Below, one piece after another: positions 51,900-62,848 of a DNA stretch of 64,000 nucleotides (positions are counted from its first letter, which is position 1; each line of letters opens with the position of its first letter). The DNA is taken from assembly GCA_008369845.1 (NCBI GenBank), contig MRSU01002006.1, positions 1 through 64,000 on the forward strand. The letters run 5' to 3'. The position numbers and the translations under genes were made by a program. Origin of the DNA: Trichomonas gallinae. Taxonomy: Eukaryota. The notes below the pieces were generated by a model. That model saw nothing but the letters and a program-made list of their open reading frames with translations, did not search any database and had not been told where the DNA came from.

Positions 51900-53015
51900 T
51901 TACGTGCAGTAACTGTACTGTCTTTGAAGGAAATGGAGCCCATAAGTATGATGTATGATGACAGGCTTTAAGTTAGTTTTATGGAAATGCAGATTCCCCA
52001 AGTTATCTCCATCCATTCTTTCTAGGTTCGGCTGGGAATAGCCAAAAGTATAATTATACACAATAGTTCTCGAATTATAGTCAGGGAAAAGGTTTAGCGC
52101 ATGGAGATAAGTAAAAACAGGCTGATCAACCATCAGTTTCTTATTTTCATTCGATCTCATAATATAAAACACTAAATCAAAGAATTTCATGCCTTCAAAT
52201 GGATAACCAAAGCTACACGCACCAGAAACAACTCTCGTCCAATAGAAATTTTTCAGGACGTTCATACCTAAATATTTTGAACATTGCAAATTCGTTTCTG
52301 GCTCATTTCTCAAGAAATGGTTCTCTATAAAGATTCCAGCAGTTCTATCACCTCTTGTCACGATGAATGGATCTCTAGCAACAAATGTGTCAGTTAAATC
52401 TATCACCAAATAGTTGTTGATTTTCATTCTATAGTCCTGCAAAAAATTCGTCAAAACGCTGATTTTGTTTTGGTAAATGTTTGCTCTATCGAGTTTCCCA
52501 GTATGCGCAAAGTCAACATACTTTCCAAAGTCTATTGCTGTTACTCCACATTTCGTATAGTTATATTTTTCATTGGCTGCCTGATATTTTTGATAAGCAT
52601 CAGTATCAAGTAAACAGACAATTTTCGCGATGCAGCCATGGTCTCTCAGATTTTGAAAAACACCATTTGCCCTGTCAATGGGGAAAATTCCGATTGTATA
52701 GAATATAACTACATCATTTTCGTAAGACAAATATTTATCAATACGAGGCGGCTTGTAAAATGAATTGTTGCAAAATGTGCACTTTCCTGTATAGTTCATC
52801 TTTGATTCCAAGAACTTATTGACTTCGACTGGATTAGTTCTAAGACTGTTATAACTGAAGTACATGAAGGATGTTTCCCATGATAGAATAACTTGCATAT
52901 TTGAAAACCAACAAAACAAAATAGTTACAACAAGAATAAAACTAGCGCAATAAGAAGGGACTGTTTCAGGAATATCCACTATATATGAAGCAGGGACTTT
53001 CTTCATATTTTCCAT
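51900..53015 (-). CDS. Type II membrane protein, putative GT-A glycosyltransferase-like
   Basis: N-terminal TM segment; VIDLTDTFVARDPF (DxD-like), VDQPVF, PVIIHH. M2 AAAGTGAC (53023-53030) precedes ATG 53015. Confidence 0.6.
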   Translation of the reverse strand: MENMKKVPASYIVDIPETVPSYCASFILVVTILFCWFSNMQVILSWETSFMYFSYNSLRTNPVEVNKFLESKMNYTGKCTFCNNSFYKPPRIDKYLSYENDVVIFYTIGIFPIDRANGVFQNLRDHGCIAKIVCLLDTDAYQKYQAANEKYNYTKCGVTAIDFGKYVDFAHTGKLDRANIYQNKISVLTNFLQDYRMKINNYLVIDLTDTFVARDPFIVTRGDRTAGIFIENHFLRNEPETNLQCSKYLGMNVLKNFYWTRVVSGACSFGYPFEGMKFFDLVFYIMRSNENKKLMVDQPVFTYLHALNLFPDYNSRTIVYNYTFGYSQPNLERMDGDNLGNLHFHKTNLKPVIIHHTYGLHFLQRQYSYCT

Positions 53016-53660
53016 TCTTCCTGTCACTTTCTTTGATTAAATATTCGCGGGTTTAGATTAGATAATTTAATTATAATAGTCTTCACACATAGATTCTATT
53101 ATTTTATTCATTCAACCTTAGCAAATCGAAGGACAAAAGTGCTCGACACAAAATAATAATGCCAATGAGTCATATTACAAAATGCCATAAATGATGATTA
53201 TTAATAGAAATAAAGGTACCTTATCATCATTCAAAAAATAATTATTTTGAATGCGCCTTGGATCCGAGAAAAAAAACCTATCTGTCACAAGAATGCGGCT
53301 TCTTTTGAAGTGTCATTATGATTTTAACGTCACATCTATCATAGCGAATATATTTCTTTACTTTTTTCCCGTTTTAGTATTAACGTCCGATAACATGATT
53401 GATCACAACCTTGTGAAAATCAAATATGAAAAAAAAAAAAAAACTCAATAATTAGCTATATTAGAATTCTAATATGTTTGACTATTAGGGCATGATATCA
53501 AAGCCTATTTGTAGCTCAATTTTTAAAATTATGTAGCACAAAAAGCTTTAAATATATTTAGGTGAAACTTTTGCAGATTGAACGACGCATAAACTGTCAC
53601 ATATATTGATGTACTGATTTATTTATTAATAAACAAAACAAATATATAAACAATAAATTA

Positions 53661-55685
53661 TTACTTCGAAACAATATCATGTCCATTTTCAAGAATATAC
53701 GGAAGCTTGTTGTAATCCTTGTTCTGCAGTGCAGATCTGCAAAGCTGAAGTAGTGAATTGCGAGCATTTCCTCGCCTCAGCTCAGCAAATGCTTGTATCA
53801 TTGCGTTAACTTTCTGGTTTCCTGATCCGAGACTTGTCTTATTTGTAATTCTCTTTGCGTGCTCTCTAGCTATTTCGCTGTTCAACCTTTCGCACTCTAA
53901 GACAGCAGAATACAATGTTCCGTACTGCTCAACCATCTCAGCGTTCTCTATGCGGACTATGGTGTCTTTAACGCTTGCAATCAATCCGGCAATTTCTGCG
54001 CGATGAACGCTTTTAGTGTTATCGAGGTCTGACCCTTGCTGAACTGCCGCCATCAGCTCGTCGATCTCGCCTGGGAAGTGCGCAGTGCAGGAGAACTCCT
54101 TGAGTGTGCAGAACTCGCAAAACTCAGTGCATATTCTAACAGCAGTTGAAACTTTCTCGCACTCAACTCTCGCGTTGTTCCCTTGTATGGATAGAACGAG
54201 CGGTTCCCTTTCTGACACAGACGCAAAGCAGAGCCTGAAATCTCCGGAAGGTTCGTTCTTCGACAAGAAGTTCTTGGACACGAATTGCGCGAATATGTCG
54301 TTCTTTGCTGTGAATTCAGCGTAGCCGGATGGTTTGGCGTTTTTGACTTCAGAGAAGCCGTAAAACTTCTGGAACTCGAGTTTGAACGGGAGAACAACAC
54401 CAGACACGAATGCTTCGACGCTCATTGTGCCTATCACGTCGTTCGGCAGCCACAGCTGGATAGTGTGCGTTGGCGCCGCGGGATTGTTCACATCGAACAC
54501 TTGGTAATTCGTGCCGGAAGATGTTGGACACTCGATCAAAGTCGCTTGAATTGGCGTCGGCGGCTCAGTCTTGATTTTTAGCTCTATGCACTGTTCTTCT
54601 GTGTTTTTGCCTAGCACATATGTGCCCAGCATGTTAGATGGCGGCAAATTTGTTGCTTTGTTAGAACTATCTGTACCTGTCATTAAATTTAATAATTCAT
54701 TTCTCCTCATTAAGAGCCTTGCCTTCTCTTGTACGTATTTTGGTTGCGCCTGCCTGAGATCGAACGCTTGCTTAGCTTCCTGGCCCAATCCCTCGGCGCC
54801 TTTCGGCATGAAAACGCGAATTGAGCCGTTTGTTCCGCAAACGACCAAAAAATTGCGGCCATCGTCTTTGAAGTCCACCAAGCCAAGGGCTGCAAGGTGG
54901 AAGTCCATTGTTTCGTGTTTCGTGACTTGTCCGTTGGAAATATCGAGAAATGAAATATCTCCTTCTGCGCAAGCGAGAACGACGTCTTTCGTTTTGCGAC
55001 CTGAAAAATCAATCAAATCTAGACCAACAATGTCGCCTTGCGAAGCATAATTCCAAACTTTTTGCATTTTATCGTATAAAGCGATTGATCCGTTTTCAAA
55101 AGCCGCAACAAACTTATCTGCTTCAACAGGCTTCAAGAATGTGCATTGATGATGGATTCTAATCTCTCTTTTCGATTCTCCGCCGTAAAATTGGCAAATC
55201 TTAAGGTCATTTGACGCTGCAAGCAAAGAATGCTGACCTGCTATATCTATAACACACATTGCAGATACTATATCACCTGTAACTGTCCAAAAAACTTCTT
55301 CTCCATTAAAATCATATCCGTAAATTTCAGTATTTCCGCCAACGTAAATCACCGATGTATCCACTGTGGCGGAGTAAACACCATCGTTAAGTAAATTTGA
55401 AAAAACTTGCGAATTTTGCTCAACGTTGAAAACTTGAATCGAATTATCTGTTCCTATGACTAAACAATCTTGGTCTTTGATCTTTACTGTTGTAATACAT
55501 GTGATTTTCTGGCAAGCGTTGACAAAAGATTTGGCCTGTTCGGGAGATAAAGTTGAATCAAAGACGCTAATGCGCCTCGTTGTCGTTGCATTAGCGTAGC
55601 ACTGCCCATTTTTCGTGAACTTGCCGATTGCCAGTAATTTAGGCAAAACATTGTCGTGCGTTTCGTATTGGGCAACAGGAAACAT
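53661..55685 (-). CDS. BBS2: Bardet-Biedl syndrome 2 protein (BBSome)
   Basis: LAIGKF..CYANATT, IYVGGNTEIYGYDFNGEEVFWTVTGDIVSAM, and C-terminal QKVNAMIQAFAELRRG..LCRSALQNKD. Confidence 0.9.
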   Translation of the reverse strand: MFPVAQYETHDNVLPKLLAIGKFTKNGQCYANATTTRRISVFDSTLSPEQAKSFVNACQKITCITTVKIKDQDCLVIGTDNSIQVFNVEQNSQVFSNLLNDGVYSATVDTSVIYVGGNTEIYGYDFNGEEVFWTVTGDIVSAMCVIDIAGQHSLLAASNDLKICQFYGGESKREIRIHHQCTFLKPVEADKFVAAFENGSIALYDKMQKVWNYASQGDIVGLDLIDFSGRKTKDVVLACAEGDISFLDISNGQVTKHETMDFHLAALGLVDFKDDGRNFLVVCGTNGSIRVFMPKGAEGLGQEAKQAFDLRQAQPKYVQEKARLLMRRNELLNLMTGTDSSNKATNLPPSNMLGTYVLGKNTEEQCIELKIKTEPPTPIQATLIECPTSSGTNYQVFDVNNPAAPTHTIQLWLPNDVIGTMSVEAFVSGVVLPFKLEFQKFYGFSEVKNAKPSGYAEFTAKNDIFAQFVSKNFLSKNEPSGDFRLCFASVSEREPLVLSIQGNNARVECEKVSTAVRICTEFCEFCTLKEFSCTAHFPGEIDELMAAVQQGSDLDNTKSVHRAEIAGLIASVKDTIVRIENAEMVEQYGTLYSAVLECERLNSEIAREHAKRITNKTSLGSGNQKVNAMIQAFAELRRGNARNSLLQLCRSALQNKDYNKLPYILENGHDIVSK

Positions 55686-56261
55686 TTTTTTAACGAGTTA
55701 CCACAAAACAAATTCGATAAACAGAATCACAACATATATTTATACCAGAAAAACACAATATTTTTGCCGGATTTTGAGATTTTATTTTATGTAAAAATAA
55801 TATTAACAAGAAAACTGTGATAAATCTTTCACATCTGCTGGTTCTAATATCAATATTTAAAATATGAGCATTCAATATCAGATTAACATTTTTATGTTTA
55901 TATTGTTTGGAATCCTGCATCATCTATATCGTCTAATGGGAATCTTTCATATATCTCATCTGTACTTCAATCAAATTATGACTAATCTTTTAATATTATT
56001 TTCAATTGCATTAGAAATGGAAATAAGCCATGTTAAAGGCATAATCAATGCCTACACATCATTTATCAATCTAAATCTTTATTCTGTTATGATATATATA
56101 AACTTTTGCGAATAAAATGATTATATCATAATAGTATTAAGGCTCAGGCTTCATTAGGAAGTTTGTTGCAAGTGCTTTTATTAAAATAGCTTAGAGGCGA
56201 GTATATTAAAAAAAATAATTTTTAAGATTACATAAGCTATATATAATAAAAAATAAAACGA

Positions 56262-59021
56262 TTATTTGTCGATGTCATTGCAGAACTGCATGTAGTTGAC
56301 TTCATCGAGGTCTGTGTTCTTGTATTTCTTGCAAAGCACGTCGAGCTCATCTCTGTTTGTAGACAAACCAAGTCTTGAGATGCTCTGCCTGAACTGCTGC
56401 TTGGTGATATAGTTCTTGTAAGGCTTCCTGTCGTAGTCCTCGAACTGATCCCTGATGTTCATTCTTCTCGTGGTGACGATATACTTCATCCTCCTCAAGA
56501 TTGTCTGCACGAACTGCTCCTCCTGTGGAGACAGGTTCTGTATTGTCTTGGACGGCTCAGGCTTGACTCTAACTGGGGATGGAGCGGTGAGAGGAGTCCT
56601 GTTGAGCTCCACTGGTCCGAACACTTCGTTAACCTTCGCGCAGAAGCTTCTGTAGTTGAACAAATCGTTCGAGTTCGGGTCAGCGTATTCGCTCAAGCAG
56701 AACTCGATTTCGTCGGCCGTGAGAGGCAGCTCTGCCTGGCCGACAACAGTGTGGAACTTCTGCTTCGGTACCAAGCCGCGCCTGAGGTTATCGAAGCCCT
56801 GGAAGAACTCCAACAATCTGACTCTCCTCTTGTATACGTGAGACTGAAGCTTCTCCATTATAGAGTCAAGTGTTGGCGGTGCAACTGGGCCACTTCTGAT
56901 TGACACCAAGTACTCGGACTCTCTGTCTGTGTAGTGCGGGAATCCGTTTGAAACGATGGATGTGGAGGCCCTGTCGCCGAACAAAAGTCCTGTCATTTCA
57001 TCAACGTCCGAGCAGAATCTGCCGTAGTCAACGAACTTGGTGTAAGGGTCGTTGTAGAAAGAGCAGAGTTCGTCTATCCTGTCCTTGGAAAGATAGCAGC
57101 CGATCAATTGGAGAACGCGTGTGAAGTGAGATGCGTTTACCTTCTTATGGTTCATTCTGTCGAAATCTTTGAATTGCTCGATCAAGCTCAAGCGTTTCCT
57201 TCTGACGAACTTGGAGATCTCCTCGACAATGGCTTTGACCTTAGGAGTCAAGACCTTGATGTCTCTCATCGTCGTCTTCTTGACGTTCTCGATTTCGACA
57301 GGCGGAATTGCTTGAGGAGTTTTCTCGAGATCTAATTGAACTGTCATTTCTTTGATGTCCTTGTCGAACTGGCGCCACTTGATGTAGTCCTTCTTCGTGT
57401 CGCTGGCGTAGTAGTCCTTTAGCAGAGCAAACTCCTTCTCTGTCAGTTTGTAGCCTGAAATGGTTATACCTGTCATGAAGTGCTCTGCAGTGATTTCGCC
57501 GTTGTTGTGAGTGTCAAACTGCTGAAGAAACTCAGCGAAGATAACTGTGTGGATCTTGCTCCACCTGTGCATTTCTATAAGCAAGTCGTCGATGTTGTCC
57601 TTCTCGTTGATCTTAGGAATGAGTCCGCGCTTTGATTCGTGCAATAATTTGTCTGCGACGTCTTGTGTGACGAATTTGTCGCCGTTTGAGGCTTTGCCGT
57701 ATGTATCTATGATCGACTGCTTCGTGGCGCCAACTGGCTTGAACTCTCTGCGCTTCTGCGTGTGCGTTGGGTCGATGTCTTCGATGAACTTGTAGATATC
57801 GACACCTTTCGAATCACTGTAAACGGAAACAAGTGCATCTCTTTCCTCGTTCGAGACCTTGAAGCCGAGTGTTGTCAAAGCGCGGTGGAATTGAATCGGA
57901 GTAACGTATCCTTGTCCGATTCTGTCAAAGTCCATCAAAGTTGGCAAACAGTTGATTCTATAGCGAACTGTCTGTGTCTTGAGTCTATCTACGATGGAAT
58001 CGACCTTCGGATTCGATGGCTTGAGTGATGCAGAATTATCAAAGCCTCTCGTCTTGATTGGCGAAAGCTGGTTCTCAACTTCTGCTTCCACATCCTGGCA
58101 GAACTCTTTGTACTTGACGTAATGCGTGTAATTAACGTTAATTGAATAAGTTGCAACTAAGTAGTCAAGATCGTTAGTTGTGAATGGATAACCGAACAAT
58201 GTAATTGTGCCTGTGAATTTCTGGACTGGGATTCTGCCTGTTCTAAGCGTATCGTGTGTTTGGAAAAATTCAAGAATTCTGATGCGTTCTTTGCGTACGT
58301 GCTCTGCAAATTTTGGAATAATAAGAGCGTGCGGTGTGTCGAAGTTCTGGATTTTGAGTGATTGGGCTTGGTGAGGGAATAATGATCGATTCATTGATCT
58401 CTCAATCATTGTTGGCTGCATGCTAGCGTAATCATTGAGGTCTGTGTTGAGCTTGCGATAGTTGAAATCTTTAAGCTGTGGGTCTAAGTAACGATCAAAT
58501 AATAATTGATAGTCGCGTGATGTGAGGTCTCTGAATGGATTTGCTCTCATAAACTGGGACTGTGAGATTCGGCCATTGTTGTGCTTATCGAAATCCATGA
58601 AAGCAGTCCTCAGGTGTACGCCTTTCGTCTTAACTTGATGATGCAGCTTCGCGAGAAGGTTATCGAGCTCCGCAGACTCACTCATGTCGATCTTTCCGAG
58701 AGATCTCGACACAATCTCTTGAGAGTTTCTTGTAAATTCGAGCGGCGCCTTTTCTAAATTTCTGTTAGTGAAAATATCTTCGATTTCGTGTGTGAATGCT
58801 TTGTAGTTGATTTTATCTCCTTGTTTATATCTATCTACTAACATATTAAACTCTTCAGGAGAGAGTTTTATGTGCATCATTGTAAAACATCTTGCAAACT
58901 CGTTTGGAAAAATTCTTCCACTGTTTAAACGGTCGAAACCTGCAAACCAATCTTCAGGCATGATATCGCCCTGATAAATGTTTGTTCGAAGCCTGTCGAG
59001 CAGGGTATCGATGTCAGTCAT
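56262..59021 (-). CDS. Multi-EF-hand protein (EFCAB6-like repeats)
   Basis: Repeated FxxFDxxxxGxIxxxxF ... F/Y/WxxFC pairs across 919 aa. Confidence 0.85.
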   Translation of the reverse strand: MTDIDTLLDRLRTNIYQGDIMPEDWFAGFDRLNSGRIFPNEFARCFTMMHIKLSPEEFNMLVDRYKQGDKINYKAFTHEIEDIFTNRNLEKAPLEFTRNSQEIVSRSLGKIDMSESAELDNLLAKLHHQVKTKGVHLRTAFMDFDKHNNGRISQSQFMRANPFRDLTSRDYQLLFDRYLDPQLKDFNYRKLNTDLNDYASMQPTMIERSMNRSLFPHQAQSLKIQNFDTPHALIIPKFAEHVRKERIRILEFFQTHDTLRTGRIPVQKFTGTITLFGYPFTTNDLDYLVATYSINVNYTHYVKYKEFCQDVEAEVENQLSPIKTRGFDNSASLKPSNPKVDSIVDRLKTQTVRYRINCLPTLMDFDRIGQGYVTPIQFHRALTTLGFKVSNEERDALVSVYSDSKGVDIYKFIEDIDPTHTQKRREFKPVGATKQSIIDTYGKASNGDKFVTQDVADKLLHESKRGLIPKINEKDNIDDLLIEMHRWSKIHTVIFAEFLQQFDTHNNGEITAEHFMTGITISGYKLTEKEFALLKDYYASDTKKDYIKWRQFDKDIKEMTVQLDLEKTPQAIPPVEIENVKKTTMRDIKVLTPKVKAIVEEISKFVRRKRLSLIEQFKDFDRMNHKKVNASHFTRVLQLIGCYLSKDRIDELCSFYNDPYTKFVDYGRFCSDVDEMTGLLFGDRASTSIVSNGFPHYTDRESEYLVSIRSGPVAPPTLDSIMEKLQSHVYKRRVRLLEFFQGFDNLRRGLVPKQKFHTVVGQAELPLTADEIEFCLSEYADPNSNDLFNYRSFCAKVNEVFGPVELNRTPLTAPSPVRVKPEPSKTIQNLSPQEEQFVQTILRRMKYIVTTRRMNIRDQFEDYDRKPYKNYITKQQFRQSISRLGLSTNRDELDVLCKKYKNTDLDEVNYMQFCNDIDK

Positions 59022-59720
59022 CTATCACTAACGTATCTGCCTAATATGCCACGTAAATCATTATTTTTCAATGCAATTTGTCGTGTAAATTGTCGTGTAA
59101 ACTGACATATGCCGTTTAAAATTTTGTTATAAAAATATTATGTAAAATTAATTTGTCATGTAAATTTAATTAATTTGTCATTTAGCTTTAATTAATGTGT
59201 CATGTAACTTTAAAGTGTTTCAGGAGGAAACCCAAAAATCGGTACTAACTGTTTTTCACTATAGAGTGCCAAAACATATCTAGACGGCAGAGAAAACTCA
59301 TAAAAATAATTAAACGGTCATCTCGACAACTTTGTCCACTTATTGACAAGTTTTCCCTTTACTTCTAAAAATAAAATTTTTGACATGTAAAATGATAAAT
59401 CTGACATATATTTTTGAATTATTTTGTCATGTAAAATGTATTGATATGATAGATTTGTCATGTAAAAATCAGACAATGATTATTTCTGACATGTAAAATA
59501 AATTAATTTTTACCGAATTTATGCTAGCAATATAACATTCATTAATATAATTCGCGAACTGTTTAAGGTTCTCATTTTTCAAATAAACCGTTAATTTTAG
59601 CGAGTCGGTATTGGCTTACTCTGTTGTCATGATATTTGGAGTTAAAATTTCGAGTGTAAATCATTTTCTATTTAATTAAAAATGTAAACCATTGAACGAA
59701 ATGAAATTCTGACTTTTCAT

Positions 59721-60947
59721 ATGCGAATATCGATGGTTTACTTGAGTGTGTTAGTTATTATGGGTGGGTGCTTCACTTTCGGTATATCCATCGCCTTCTC
59801 CGCGCTGACAATGCCCGCTATAGTTAAAGAATTTCGTTTAAATGAACTCGAATCGACAATGTTCAGCGCTTTGATTGCATTGTTCGCGATTGCTGGTCCA
59901 TTCGCCTTCCAGTATTGTATGACGACAAAAGGAAGGAAATATACGTTTAATATAATTTCGATCGGAAGTGCAATATCATGGTTTATGTTCGCAATCGCAA
60001 ACCAGCAGTTGAAATATCTTATATTTATTCACAGAATTACAATAGGACTCCTAATTGGAGCATATTCAGCTGTCAATCCTGTTTATTTAACAGAATTAGC
60101 AAATGATGAACAAAAAAGCTTATTTGGAACATTGAACCAATTAGGTATATCTGCTGGTGTCGTTGCTTCCAATATTTTTGGAGGACTATTGCCATGGAGA
60201 GTTTTTGCAATCGGAGTTTTCCTTTTCTGCACTTTAATCGCAGTTTCATCATTCTTTATCGCTGATGTAAAGCACACGCAAGCTAAATCCGCTAAACATA
60301 CAGATCCTGCCGGTTCTTGTTCAATATTATTCACGAGATACAGAATGGAGCTGATTGAAGGCGTCATGTATCAGTTTTTCCAGCAGTTCTCAGGTATAAA
60401 TGGTGTATTAACCAATGCTGGAATGTTATTAAACAATTCAACGACTGCTGCAACTTTTGCGGCTTCTGCACAGCTTATTGCGTGCGTGTTCTGCTCATCA
60501 GCTATCACCAAACTTGGAACAAAGCTTATTTGGATAATTGCATGCGCTGGTGCAGCTGCTTCTTTAGTAATTCTTGCAATTTCACAAACATTCAAATTGG
60601 GTTTGATTGTAAATGGAACTGCAGTATTTGGATTCCAGTTATCATTCGGTTTCGGCCTCGGTCCGCTTCCATTTACCATTTCTCCCAATCTTTTCCCAGA
60701 TTCAGTTCGCGCACAAGCTCTTTCGATTCTTACTGGCGTGAACTGGCTTCTAGCATTCGTAGTCATATCTATTTTCCCAACAATGCTGAATAACTGCGGA
60801 TTAAGCATTTCTTCTCTGATTTTTGCCGGTGTTCTAGCTGCTGGTGTAATTTTCGGCCTCAAGCAAGAAAACATCGCAGAAAAAGAGAATGACGCGTTTG
60901 AACCGGATATTGAGAATCATCATTCCGACAAAGAATTTGATGACTGA
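59721..60947 (+). CDS. MFS sugar porter (GLUT/TRET-like)
   Basis: About 12 TM segments; PVYLTELA, GTLNQL, FFQQFSGIN, GFGLGPLP, FPDSVRAQA, NW. Confidence 0.92.
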   Translation: MRISMVYLSVLVIMGGCFTFGISIAFSALTMPAIVKEFRLNELESTMFSALIALFAIAGPFAFQYCMTTKGRKYTFNIISIGSAISWFMFAIANQQLKYLIFIHRITIGLLIGAYSAVNPVYLTELANDEQKSLFGTLNQLGISAGVVASNIFGGLLPWRVFAIGVFLFCTLIAVSSFFIADVKHTQAKSAKHTDPAGSCSILFTRYRMELIEGVMYQFFQQFSGINGVLTNAGMLLNNSTTAATFAASAQLIACVFCSSAITKLGTKLIWIIACAGAAASLVILAISQTFKLGLIVNGTAVFGFQLSFGFGLGPLPFTISPNLFPDSVRAQALSILTGVNWLLAFVVISIFPTMLNNCGLSISSLIFAGVLAAGVIFGLKQENIAEKENDAFEPDIENHHSDKEFDD

Positions 60948-61713
60948 CTTCATTCCATAGGAATATTATTTTCATATGTTTATTAATAAAATACGTACAT
61001 TTCTTAGTTAACGCACTTGCAAAACCAATATTTATCTGAAAAATTAATTTGATTATCGATATAAACCCAAAACCAACCGATGAAATGTTTAATGGTACCA
61101 ATTTAACAGCGGATATCTTTAGTAATAGACTTGATATTGATTATTAATTTTATTAATGAAACGTGGATATGATGGGAATGTAATATAAGGTTTAGGAGGT
61201 TATAAATATGCATTCTGATGATAGTAATTTTATAGATATTGAAGACAAAAGCGAAATGATCAAGGAAACAAAAATTTGCCAAATTAAGTTTACATTTTGG
61301 CAAATGTAAAAAAAAAATTGATAGATAGTATTTGTACAGATGATTTTTTGATTACGAAAAGAGAAGTGTAGAAATCACCGTCCTTAACCAAATATTTGAG
61401 TTATAAAATAGCGCGTAAAAGTCACGCCCATTTGTCATGAAAAGTGTTTGAACACATAACTCCATTCAATTTTTGAATGATTACTCACAAAACTTTGAAA
61501 TTTTATGCTCAAATTACGATTATATAGCATTAACTCTCTTTCATATACTAATTCATCCGATTTGATTAATACTCAAAAAATAATCAAGATTGAAGCGATT
61601 CTCACAAAAATATTATGAGCATAAATAGCTGAATAATTATTGCAATGTATGACATAAATACTGCTGTTTTAACCAGAAAATCAATTTTAAGAGATTATTT
61701 TTCTCTATAAATA

Positions 61714-62292
61714 ATGGACAGGCTGCTGCCTTCTGGAATGCCTCCAAACATGGATTCATTCGGAACCAAGTCCAAGTTTACCCCGGAAGAAGACCAGAAA
61801 TTGAAGTATCTGGTTGAGATGTCCAATCACAAATTATCATGGAAGGAAATATCAATGTTTATGAGGACGCGCACACCAAGGCAATGCAGAGAAAGATACC
61901 AAAATTACCTTAGTGATAGTGTGAATCATCAAGAATGGACTGGAGCGGAAGATCAAATGTTGTTGAATCTCTATTCTCAACATGGAAAGAAATGGAATGT
62001 AATAGCTAAATTCTTACCAGGAAGGACAGGCAATGCAATTAGAAACCGCTGGCAATGGCTGCTCAAAAAACAAAACGTTCCTATTACGGATAAAACTACG
62101 CCAATTTTAAGAGCAAAGAATCTTAGAGTCCAAATGTCATATAATGGATCACAAATTGCTGCTCAACAGCCAAGTCCTGGTGTGAAGTCATTCGACGACT
62201 TATTTGTAAACATTGTTGGAGGCTTTTTCCAGCCAGGAAAAGCATCTGGACTCTTCGAAAATGAAGAAGAAACTAACATGTTTGTTAGTTAA
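61714..62292 (+). CDS. R2R3 Myb transcription factor
   Basis: FTPEEDQKL..W..RTPRQCRERY and WTGAEDQML..GKKW..PGRTGNAIRNRW. Confidence 0.95.
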   Translation: MDRLLPSGMPPNMDSFGTKSKFTPEEDQKLKYLVEMSNHKLSWKEISMFMRTRTPRQCRERYQNYLSDSVNHQEWTGAEDQMLLNLYSQHGKKWNVIAKFLPGRTGNAIRNRWQWLLKKQNVPITDKTTPILRAKNLRVQMSYNGSQIAAQQPSPGVKSFDDLFVNIVGGFFQPGKASGLFENEEETNMFVS

Positions 62293-62683
62293 ATTATCTT
62301 GGATGGAAATAAGTGAGAGGATCAACTGCACTCGATACTATTTTCATCCAATTATCCTATGTCATTCAATACATATGAGCATTCTATGGATTTATCTTAA
62401 TCAAAATTATCGAAAATCGTTGGTTAAGTTGTTTGTATTAAATATTATTCATTTTATCTAACATAAATAACAAACTACAGTTTTTCATCATCTAGATCTG
62501 TAAAAGACAAACTTCATAGTATGTTCTTAATAAATTTAGGGAAAGATACTTAAGAAACATGTCGAATCGCATTATTTCGTAACAATGACAGTATAAGACA
62601 TGTTACTAAAGCATTGTCAAAGAACTGATTAAGTTGGTTGAATGTATGGAAAAAACTTTTTGAAGATGCCTAACAATCAGATT

Positions 62684-62848
62684 TATTTACATGACAAAAA
62701 TTCGTTTACACAGTTATCAAAAATACCTGACAATTTTTAAATTAATCAACAAATTCAATTGTAATTAAAATTATAGCAAATTATGATATATTTACATGAC
62801 AAAAATTTTGTTACACAGCTTTCAAAAATATCTGACAATTTAAAAATA
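62684..62848. repeat. Imperfect direct repeat (two copies of about 58 bp, 105 bp apart)
   Basis: TATTTACATGACAAAAATT..TTACACAG..TCAAAAATA.CTGACAATTT at 62684 and 62789. Confidence 0.85.

Noticed and set aside
55697..55709. X-box-like GTTACCACAAAAC upstream of BBS2
   Set aside because: Second half-site does not match RGYAAC, and RFX factors are not expected in parabasalids.
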